This document shows positions 19,737 to 27,132 of a DNA stretch of 33,189 bases, one piece after another. The stretch spans positions 1-33,189 of the forward strand of contig CAZXXP010000005.1 in NCBI GenBank assembly GCA_964644785.1. Reading direction: 5' to 3'. The notes under the pieces were generated by a model. That model did not search any database, was not told the origin of the DNA, and saw nothing but the letters and a program-made list of their open reading frames with translations. The position numbers and the translations under genes were made by a program. The number at the start of each line of letters is the position of its first letter. Positions within the stretch are counted from its first letter, which is position 1. The DNA comes from an uncultured Nitrosopumilales archaeon (GTDB lineage: Archaea; Thermoproteota; Nitrososphaeria; Nitrososphaerales; UBA57).

Positions 19737-20372
19737 TCACTGTCGTATTGCTTTTATTATGGATGTTAGTTGTGTAGGAGATTCGTTTTCTAATAGGGTT
19801 CCTATTACAATTGCGTCAGCTCCGGCTTTTGCAATAGATTTCGCAGTAACAATATCCCTTATTCCTCCTCCGATGATTAAGAAGCCGTCATAAACTTTCT
19901 TCGTTGCTAGTATAATTTCTGGTGATATATGTGATGCAGCTCCAGAACCTGCCTCCAAATATACAAATCTCATCCCCATATACTGGGCGGCCAGCGAGTA
20001 CATTGCAGTAATTTGAGGCTTATCAGGCGGAAGACCTCGTGCCCTACCTATGAATCCCGTGCTTCCTCCATCTCCAATTATGATATATGCCGTGGGGATT
20101 GCCTCCAAGTTATATTTTCTTACGACTGGAGAACCTAAGACTTGGGCTTGTGTTATGAAATATGGGTTGTCTGAATTCAGAAGTGATGTGAAGAAAATAG
20201 CATCAGCAAATTGTGATATACCTGTGATGTTTCCGGGAAACAGTATCACAGGTATTCTTACGGATTTCTTTATTGTCTTTATAATTGAATTAAGTTCCAG
20301 TTGATCCACTATGGTTGATCCCCCAACTAATATCGCACTAGCGTGATTCTGCTCAGCCAGCTTTGACATCAC
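19737..20372 (-). CDS. Geranylgeranylglyceryl phosphate synthase (PcrB/GGGPS family); true N-terminus lies upstream near 20471-20480 with no canonical start
   Basis: ILVGGST, PVILFPGN, FFTSLLNSDNPYFI, YIIIGDGG, VYLEAGSGA and IIGGGIRD are GGGPS TIM-barrel blocks. The upstream in-frame ILRIGPVEKKLLTERKKGTLWFALVDSEN is the family N-terminus. Confidence 0.85.
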   Translation of the reverse strand: MMSKLAEQNHASAILVGGSTIVDQLELNSIIKTIKKSVRIPVILFPGNITGISQFADAIFFTSLLNSDNPYFITQAQVLGSPVVRKYNLEAIPTAYIIIGDGGSTGFIGRARGLPPDKPQITAMYSLAAQYMGMRFVYLEAGSGAASHISPEIILATKKVYDGFLIIGGGIRDIVTAKSIAKAGADAIVIGTLLENESPTQLTSIIKAIRQ

Positions 20373-20473
20373 AATAGTTTTCTTTTGGCTAATGTTTTCT
20401 GAGTCGACTAATGCGAACCATAGAGTTCCTTTTTTTCTTTCTGTTAATAGTTTCTTTTCAACTGGACCAATTC

Positions 20474-20713
20474 TCAGAATGACACACCACTTCTCATGAA
20501 TCGATCCACGAACTCATTGTAAACATCAACTGGTTCTTTGTTAGTTGTTAGATCGTATTGAAGACTTAAGTTACAACTACCGCAAGCAATTTTCACACTA
20601 TTACTTTCGGTAGAAATTACTCTAACAGAAATCATTCCACATCTAGGACATGCGAATACTTTTGGTAGTGTTTTCCTTATCGTTCTGACAACTCTTCTTT
20701 TTCTTCTGCCCAT
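20474..20713 (-). CDS. elf1: Transcription elongation factor Elf1 homolog (zinc ribbon)
   Basis: From ATG 20713: MGRRKRRVVRTIRKTLPKVFACPRCG...IACGSCNLSLQYDLTTNKEPVDVYNEFVD. It has the basic N-terminus, the four-Cys ribbon and the DVY..(W/F)(I/V)D tail typical of Elf1. The track ORF begins 15 codons further upstream. Confidence 0.7.
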   Translation of the reverse strand: MGRRKRRVVRTIRKTLPKVFACPRCGMISVRVISTESNSVKIACGSCNLSLQYDLTTNKEPVDVYNEFVDRFMRSGVSF

Positions 20714-20887
20714 GAGAACCCTCTGCCCTAGGGTGATAAAACACTTACTGGAGATCATATTGTAAACAATAATATATATTGAGTGAAAACATGAATAATT
20801 TAGTCGTTTTGTTGTTATTTATTAATTATTGGATTTTGCGTAACAACCGTAAATGTTATACATATTTGTATTTGACTGAATGGGTTT

Positions 20888-21280
20888 ATGCTGAAGAATC
20901 TTGTCCGATATGATAAACTATTGTTATTATTACTCGAGAATTCAAACCATACTATTGTTCAACTAGATACACTCATTAGTCATCTCATAATTCATCGCTC
21001 TCATGGTAAATTAGAAGAGATGATAAGTGTAAAAGATGGTCCCAAAATCACAAAAGGGTCTTTTCTAAGGAGCTTGGAGCAAGCGCGAGGTAACACCAGG
21101 TCATCAATTTATTCGATCCTTCTATTGGGTTATTTGGGTTTCGCTGACCATAATTTTATGGATGGATTGATCCGAATTTCTCGAATGTTGGAAGAATTGA
21201 AGCAGACGGGATATGTCAACAATCCAAATGAAATTATTACCTTAATCGATAAGTTGTGTAATAGATTGTCCGACACGTGA
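20888..21280 (+). CDS. Hypothetical small protein, possible HTH DNA-binding protein
   Basis: 130-aa ATG ORF. The segment ITKGSFLRSLEQARGNTRSSIYSILLLGYLG resembles an HTH recognition region. I recognise no family. Confidence 0.4.
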   Translation: MLKNLVRYDKLLLLLLENSNHTIVQLDTLISHLIIHRSHGKLEEMISVKDGPKITKGSFLRSLEQARGNTRSSIYSILLLGYLGFADHNFMDGLIRISRMLEELKQTGYVNNPNEIITLIDKLCNRLSDT

Positions 21281-21313
21281 TATTATTTATATCTGTGATG
21301 TTTAATCGAGTGT

Positions 21314-21829
21314 GTGATGTTAGTAGATTACGTTTTGGTGATAGAATCTGTTTTTGTTATGGTATCATTATATTTTCTATTTAGATATGGGTTAGCGGTA
21401 CGCAGCTTAATTTCAGAGCGGCGTGATGTTGGTGATTTTGTTGCATCTATTATGAATTCTATTGATAGTAAAATAAACCATCACAATGAACGGATTATTG
21501 ATTTACTTTATCGAATTGATTTATTGGAAGCGAAACAAACCCTGGGTAATCCCTATGTATCAGGGACTAAGCGCGTAAATAATATTCATAAAAACAACAT
21601 TGGTGATATCACATCAATGGAAATCAGTGTGTTGAATTTATTGCTAGCAGGTTCTAAAAGTCCAATAGAGGTCCAACGTGTTATGGGTAAATCAAGAGAG
21701 CATGTAGCGAGAATAATGAAGAAAATGTTTGATAGTGGTTATGTTGAGAGAGATGAGAGTAAAAAGCCGTTTGTTTATGGGTTGACTGACTCAGGTAAAT
21801 CGCTAATTACTGTTGTAAAGGGATCTTAA
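21314..21829 (+). CDS. Membrane-anchored winged-helix (MarR/TrmB-like) DNA-binding protein
   Basis: 171 aa with a GTG start. It has an N-terminal TM helix (VLVIESVFVMVSLYFLF), a coiled linker and a C-terminal wHTH (ISVLNLLLAGSKSPIEVQRVMGKSREHVARIMKKMFDSGYVERDESKKPFVYGLTDSG). Confidence 0.55.
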   Translation: MMLVDYVLVIESVFVMVSLYFLFRYGLAVRSLISERRDVGDFVASIMNSIDSKINHHNERIIDLLYRIDLLEAKQTLGNPYVSGTKRVNNIHKNNIGDITSMEISVLNLLLAGSKSPIEVQRVMGKSREHVARIMKKMFDSGYVERDESKKPFVYGLTDSGKSLITVVKGS

Positions 21830-22193
21830 TTCTTTTATACACCCACGCACTGCCTACACGTTCCCTTCTGAGATGTCCCTTCTGAAGTAATCTAGTCAAG
21901 TATGTTGATACAGTACTTAGTTTAATTGGGTTGTTGTATTCATCTTCAAATGCTTCTAGGACATCGTTAGACGTGAAACTGCCTAGAGAGTATTTATCTT
22001 CTATGAGTTTTAGTGTTTTATTGAATGTAGTATCCAGATTAAATGTTCTTGTCTCCAGATCTCCGGTATCCAATTCTTCAACAACTGAAATTATCTTACT
22101 TAGTTTATCTTTCGATGGCTTACCCTCTAATGAAATCATATATTTGTTCCCTTCACCATCGGTGAACTCAATTTTTATCTTTCGGTTAGGCAT
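21807..22193 (-). CDS. Small winged-helix DNA-binding protein adjacent to the origin
   Basis: Probable ATG at 22193 (MPNRKIKIEFTDGEG...). The C-terminal wHTH is KLSTVSTYLTRLLQKGHLRRERVGSAWVYKRI. The track ORF extends to 22262. Confidence 0.5.
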   Translation of the reverse strand: MPNRKIKIEFTDGEGNKYMISLEGKPSKDKLSKIISVVEELDTGDLETRTFNLDTTFNKTLKLIEDKYSLGSFTSNDVLEAFEDEYNNPIKLSTVSTYLTRLLQKGHLRRERVGSAWVYKRIKIPLQQ

Positions 22194-22338
22194 CACGCCC
22201 ACGTGATTACACTTTGGTTCACTCCTTCTGTATAAGTTGTGATGGTGTGAACAAGTGAACAAACTTGTTAATTCGATTGATTCTGTAATTAATTATTAGT
22301 ATTGTGAACTAAACAGTTCTTTATCTGAGGGAAGGTGG

Positions 22339-22360
22339 TTTGCAGTGGAAATAATGGGGT
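22339..22360 (+). repeat. ORB1 (origin recognition box), TTTGCAGTGGAAATAATGGGGT
   Basis: Perfect 22-nt copy of the repeat at 22400-22421. It shows the ORB core plus the G-string. Confidence 0.8.
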
Positions 22361-22399
22361 GTTAGTAAACAGTTAACAGTTGTTGACGGTTTGGTTTGA

Positions 22400-22421
22400 T
22401 TTGCAGTGGAAATAATGGGGT
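22400..22421 (+). repeat. ORB2, TTTGCAGTGGAAATAATGGGGT
   Basis: Identical to ORB1 and 61 nt downstream of it in the same orientation. Confidence 0.8.
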
Positions 22422-22475
22422 CAAAACTAACTTATTTGTATTATTGGGTTGTTAGTTCTACAAGATCTTGTAAAC

Positions 22476-22503
22476 GGCCCTAGGCCGCTTTTCCACTGCA
22501 AAA
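22476..22503 (-). repeat. ORB3 (inverted), minus strand reads TTTGCAGTGGAAAAGCGGCCTAGGGCC
   Basis: The plus strand reads GGCCCTAGGCCGCTTTTCCACTGCAAA. It shares the TTTGCAGTGGAAA core with ORB1/2 but has a GGCC-N-GGCC tail. Confidence 0.7.
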
Positions 22504-22648
22504 GCTTTTCAATTGCTTTTACCTTTAGTAATGGAAAGTTAACTAATTGATCAAATTTAGTATTGTTTAGGAGTAATAAACGTTCATTCGTCAATCAAGT
22601 GCGGAGCTAAATCTTATTATAATTCTTATCATACAACAAGCTAAATAA

Positions 22649-22674
22649 CCTCCAGTGGAAATACGGCCTCGGCC
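22649..22674 (+). repeat. ORB4, CCTCCAGTGGAAATACGGCCTCGGCC
   Basis: Carries the CTCCAGTGGAAA core as in crenarchaeal ORBs and the same GGCC-N-GGCC tail as ORB3. With ORB3 it brackets the AT-rich segment in divergent orientation. Confidence 0.7.
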
Positions 22675-22862
22675 TGTAACCATGGAAAAGCCGTTGGAGG
22701 TAGTCAATTATCTCAGCAAAACCTAATGATACTGTATCTGATATATTCAACAGAGCCTTATTAGGGAAAACCATATTCAAGGACAGAAACGTACTCAGAT
22801 CTGACCACGTCCCAGAAAACTTACCCTTCAGAGAAAAACAAATAACAGATATAGCTGGAATT

Positions 22863-23924
22863 TTGTCACCAATACTGCGTAATTCTAAATGCTCTAATCT
22901 ATTACTCTATGGGAAAACAGGCACTGGAAAGACAGCGACCGCTAAACACATTCTCGATAAGTTTCAAACTATCGCAAAAAAACACAACAAAAATACAACA
23001 ACCGCATATTCTAACGCTCGACTAGCAGGAAGTGAATACCGAATTCTAGTTGATCTAGCACAATCACTTAATCTCAAAATACCATTTACAGGCCTTCCCC
23101 TCAGCGAGGTTTTTAACAGGATATTCAAAAAAATATCAGAAGAAAACCTGATGGTAATATTCATTATCGATGAAATTGATTATCTCACTAAACATTCATC
23201 GGATGATATATTATATTCACTAACAAGAAGTAGCGAACACCTTGGAAAAGGGTTACTATCTATAATTGGCATATCAAACGACTTACAATTCAAGGAGTTT
23301 TTAGATCCTAGGGTGTTGAGTAGTTTAGGGGAAGAGGAGATAGTCTTTCCACCATATACGGTTGAAGAACTCAGAGAGATATTAACTGAAAGAGCAAACA
23401 ACGCTTTTACAGAAAACACAATAACAAACGGTTCAATAAACCTATGTGCTGCTTTAGCGGGGACAGAACACGGTGACGCTAGAAGAGCCGTTGATTTATT
23501 ACGCGTTGCTGGAGAAATAGCAGAAAGAGATGGAGCCAAACAAGTTGAAGAGAAACATGTCAGACTAGCAATTAAGAAAGTTGATCAGGACAGAATAACA
23601 GAAGCTATAAAATTGCTTCCATTACACGAAAAAATAACTCTACTTAGCGTTTCCGTTTTAAAGGAAATAAACTCAACCGGAGAGGTTTATTCTAAATACG
23701 CAAACCTCTGTAAGAGCATAAATATAGAACCGCTAACCCCAAGACGTGTCAGCGGTTTACTAAGCGAACTAGATCTACTAGGTTTAATATCGGCAAACAT
23801 CATAAATAAAGGCAGATATGGAAGAACCAAAAAAATCTCCTGCCTAGTTCCTCATGAAACTATAACCAATATTATTTTAGAAGATCCATCGCTAAGCAGT
23901 CTAACCAGAGAAACTAAGAACTAA
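22863..23924 (+). CDS. cdc6: Orc1/Cdc6 replication initiator (conserved N-terminal region continues upstream to ~22707 with no ATG/GTG/TTG)
   Basis: Walker A (LLLYGKTGTGKT), Walker B (IFIIDEIDYL), sensor regions (GISND, GDARRAVDLLRVAGEIAE) and a C-terminal winged helix. The upstream in-frame block is IFKDRNVLRSDHVPENLPFREKQITDIAGIL. Confidence 0.95.
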   Translation: MSPILRNSKCSNLLLYGKTGTGKTATAKHILDKFQTIAKKHNKNTTTAYSNARLAGSEYRILVDLAQSLNLKIPFTGLPLSEVFNRIFKKISEENLMVIFIIDEIDYLTKHSSDDILYSLTRSSEHLGKGLLSIIGISNDLQFKEFLDPRVLSSLGEEEIVFPPYTVEELREILTERANNAFTENTITNGSINLCAALAGTEHGDARRAVDLLRVAGEIAERDGAKQVEEKHVRLAIKKVDQDRITEAIKLLPLHEKITLLSVSVLKEINSTGEVYSKYANLCKSINIEPLTPRRVSGLLSELDLLGLISANIINKGRYGRTKKISCLVPHETITNIILEDPSLSSLTRETKN

Positions 23925-25368
23925 AATCCCTCGTAAAAACTCTAAGGTTAGATAAATTCATTATAGGTAGTATACCAGGTGTAGGATTAATTCCCACAGT
24001 TTCTTGATGCGTTGTTTGTCCTTGCCATGTACCTGAATTAATGAGAACTGAACCCCTATAACTCTCCAAGTCAACCACATGCAAGTGGCCAGCGTGAAGA
24101 ACATCCGGAACTTGATCGATAACCAATTTATCCTCAACTTCAGGCGCAATCTGGGTCGTCCCTCCATAATATGGCGCCAAATGACGAGCTCGCAACAAAA
24201 CTCTCATGGCCTGAGCTGGTCTTGAGATTGAAAGCCCGGGTACCATCGCAACAACATCATCCAAACTGTTCCCATGAAATGAAATAATATTTACTCCATT
24301 AACAGTAAACTGACTAGGGTTACCCAAAACCCTAACATTCTCCATATCATGTAATTTTCCTATAAATCGGCCTGGTATAGGAGGCTGTGGTAATGCTTCT
24401 CTTGTCACATCATGTTCTCCTGGTGTTATAATTATTTTAATATTCTTCCGTAAAACATTTAGATAATTATACAAAGTTTCATACTGTAAAAAAACATTTT
24501 GCTGTGTTGAATATTCACCAAAACTTGAAAGAGTACGACCACCATCAATCAAATCTCCTGCTATTACCAAACAAACAACCCTTCTAACAATATCCAAATC
24601 TCCAGATTGACCAGACATCCATCTCAGAAATCTTTCAAATGAATTAACCAAAAATTTGTTAGAACCGATATGCAAGTCAGAAGTAAAAACAACATAGGCG
24701 TTCTTTTTTGAAATGTTAACTACCCTATCTGGCACATCAGGTGAATAAACACTCTTGATCAGAAACCGACCCTGTTTATTAGATATAATATCTGCTATAA
24801 CTAATTGATCTAATAACATCTGAGAAAGTCTTTTTCCAACACTCTCATCGGCTGCATAAAGGGTTAATTTACCCGTATCGTCATCGATAACAACTTCAGT
24901 CCCTTCCTTTTTGATCTTTCTATTCATTATAAAACCAGCAATCTTAATCGTTTTATTACTAGAATTAATATGGCTGATTTTCTGTATTTGAGACGAATCT
25001 TGACGTTGATTAACAATCTTCATAAGTTTACTAAAACGGCTATTGAAAAGAGCCCTGTAACCATCAACCCCTTCAACGATATTTTCATTTAGACGAGAAT
25101 CTGATAGGACATTGACTTTACAATCAATTTCACTAACGTCAAATGTCTCCATTGTAACGGGTTTACCCAGAAGTTTTTCAATATCATCTTTGGTCACTAG
25201 TTTTACAGTCCCAACAACATTTTTACTATTAATTACAGTCCTAACGAGTTGGACCACATCATGTTCTTGGCTAATATTTTTCAAAAACTCAAAAGCATCA
25301 GGTTGTATTTGATACCCATTAGAAAGAACTTCTGAAAGCGCTTCTTCAACCCTTGATATAACTAACAC
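23914..25368 (-). CDS. polB: DNA polymerase II (PolD) small subunit DP1 (Mre11-like phosphoesterase / proofreading exonuclease)
   Basis: 484 aa with a GTG start. Calcineurin-like phosphoesterase motifs are present (FTSDLHIGS, VIAGDLIDG, PGEHD, FHGNS, AGHLH), along with an OB-fold region. Confidence 0.9.
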   Translation of the reverse strand: MLVISRVEEALSEVLSNGYQIQPDAFEFLKNISQEHDVVQLVRTVINSKNVVGTVKLVTKDDIEKLLGKPVTMETFDVSEIDCKVNVLSDSRLNENIVEGVDGYRALFNSRFSKLMKIVNQRQDSSQIQKISHINSSNKTIKIAGFIMNRKIKKEGTEVVIDDDTGKLTLYAADESVGKRLSQMLLDQLVIADIISNKQGRFLIKSVYSPDVPDRVVNISKKNAYVVFTSDLHIGSNKFLVNSFERFLRWMSGQSGDLDIVRRVVCLVIAGDLIDGGRTLSSFGEYSTQQNVFLQYETLYNYLNVLRKNIKIIITPGEHDVTREALPQPPIPGRFIGKLHDMENVRVLGNPSQFTVNGVNIISFHGNSLDDVVAMVPGLSISRPAQAMRVLLRARHLAPYYGGTTQIAPEVEDKLVIDQVPDVLHAGHLHVVDLESYRGSVLINSGTWQGQTTHQETVGINPTPGILPIMNLSNLRVFTRDFSS

Positions 25369-25413
25369 CAGGGGTATAGAAGAACCACTAATGGAATGAC
25401 TAATCCGAAGCGG

Positions 25414-26739
25414 TTAGATACTCTGAACAATTTTCCTACCATCATCAATTAAAGAAACAGAATCTTTTTCAGAAGAACTCTCCGAATATATTCTTACTTT
25501 TGGTTCAGTTCCAGAGGCCCTAAACAACACCCACGCCCCATCCTCGAATACAAATCGCAAACCATCTATTTCCTGAATTTCTACTACTCCTCTAGAAGTA
25601 AAATGTTTAGTTGTAATTCGTTTAATTTTTTCATAATCATACCTATATACCTTTAAATTTAATTGTTGATAAAACGTTTGCGGAACTTCACGCAATACCT
25701 CCTGTAGATCTATGTTTTGTGAGGACAACGTTTGTATTAGCAGAGCTGCAGCATAAATACCGTCTTCCCAATAACCCCAAGACGCATCCACAATTTTACT
25801 GGGTTCAGTTGCATAAACACCACCTCTTCTTTTTAATTCCTCACTCGTTTTACCTAATCTATACCTTATTACTCTACAATTATTTTCTAGCGCTAATTCT
25901 TCTACCTTACTTGAAGTGTTAATTGATATCACAACGTCTCCTTTCTTTCTACTCAAAATTATCTTCAGCATAATATATGACAAAATACAATCCTGGATAA
26001 CATTTCCATCGCTGGTAACAATAACCAATCTATCTCCATCACCATCGTGAATTATCGCCAAATCAACATCTAATTCTTTGATAAGTTTAATGATTTGAAC
26101 CAAATTCTCCCTAACAGGTTCAGGGTTTCTCCCTGAAAAAAGATGTGATGGATGACAATTAAGTGATATCACATCATGTCCTAATTGTTCAAGAATGACA
26201 GGGCTAACGTATGAAGCTGCACCATTAGTAGTTTCTACAAGAATTCTAAGTTTCTTACCACCAGATTCTACCTTACTAACCAGTTTCGAAATGTAATCAG
26301 CTATTACAGTTTGATCAGACCTCACAGTACCTACACCATGTATTACGTTTATATTAGAAGCGAGTTTTTTTTCAATTTCATGTTCCTTAGCAACATCCAA
26401 TCCAACACCGTTACCATCAAAAATCTTTACACCACAAAACTGAGGTGGATTATGCGAAGCAGTTACAGAAAAACCCGCCTTATATTTACCGCTTTGTGAA
26501 GCAAATGCCAAGACAGGAGTAGGTACTACACCAACATAATCAATATCATTCCCAGTGTAATTTAATCCCGCAGCTAAAGTGATGGCGATCAAATCACAAT
26601 TTCTACGTGTATCATTACCAATTACATATTTACCATTACCTAGAACATTTGGTACAACATAAGATAATTTCAATACATCGCGAACGCTAATCTGCTCTGC
26701 AAAAACACCTCTAATCCCAGAGGTACCGAATTCCAACAT
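25414..26739 (-). CDS. Phosphohexomutase (phosphoglucosamine mutase / phosphomannomutase-phosphoglucomutase family)
   Basis: FGTSGIRG, the active-site serine loop (VTASHNPPQFCGVKIF), the metal loop (HDGDGDRL) and the C-terminal RASGTEPKVRIY. Confidence 0.85.
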   Translation of the reverse strand: MLEFGTSGIRGVFAEQISVRDVLKLSYVVPNVLGNGKYVIGNDTRRNCDLIAITLAAGLNYTGNDIDYVGVVPTPVLAFASQSGKYKAGFSVTASHNPPQFCGVKIFDGNGVGLDVAKEHEIEKKLASNINVIHGVGTVRSDQTVIADYISKLVSKVESGGKKLRILVETTNGAASYVSPVILEQLGHDVISLNCHPSHLFSGRNPEPVRENLVQIIKLIKELDVDLAIIHDGDGDRLVIVTSDGNVIQDCILSYIMLKIILSRKKGDVVISINTSSKVEELALENNCRVIRYRLGKTSEELKRRGGVYATEPSKIVDASWGYWEDGIYAAALLIQTLSSQNIDLQEVLREVPQTFYQQLNLKVYRYDYEKIKRITTKHFTSRGVVEIQEIDGLRFVFEDGAWVLFRASGTEPKVRIYSESSSEKDSVSLIDDGRKIVQSI

Positions 26740-26765
26740 AGGACTGCTCTAACATATTTTAGGAT

Positions 26766-27092
26766 TTATTCTCTAACCAATGGAACTTCGGAGAACTGAT
26801 TGTCATGCATCCTTATCATTCTCCAACGTTTCCTTTTTTCGAGAACTCTTTTATCACTTGGCAAATATTTGTTAGTACCCTGTATCTTCTGCCTAGTCCT
26901 TCTGATAGTACCTAGTCTACCCCCTAACTGCTGGAATTTCTGCCATGGGATATCCGGCATGTTCAAACCGACTACTTCCTTCAACCAGAACCATTGCAAT
27001 ACGAAATCATTGTTTCGAGCCTCAGGATATTTGAATAGGATATATTCAACTTCTTCAGCAGTGTTCCTGAATTTCTTTACAGGTGCACTCAT
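26766..27092 (-). CDS. Hypothetical protein (Trp-rich, basic C-terminus)
   Basis: 108-aa ATG ORF with protein-like composition. I recognise no motif. Confidence 0.4.
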   Translation of the reverse strand: MSAPVKKFRNTAEEVEYILFKYPEARNNDFVLQWFWLKEVVGLNMPDIPWQKFQQLGGRLGTIRRTRQKIQGTNKYLPSDKRVLEKRKRWRMIRMHDNQFSEVPLVRE

Positions 27093-27132
27093 AATCTACA
27101 GCGTTATTCTTGAAGCAATTAAACCTTCTTAA

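Larger units (their letters stand above)
22337..22700. other. oriC: Chromosomal replication origin (oriC): ORB repeats flanking an AT-rich duplex unwinding element (22504-22648)
   Basis: Repeated CAGTGGAAA-core elements occur in both orientations in the long non-coding gap immediately upstream of orc1/cdc6. A very AT-rich 145-bp segment lies between an inverted ORB pair. Confidence 0.8.
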
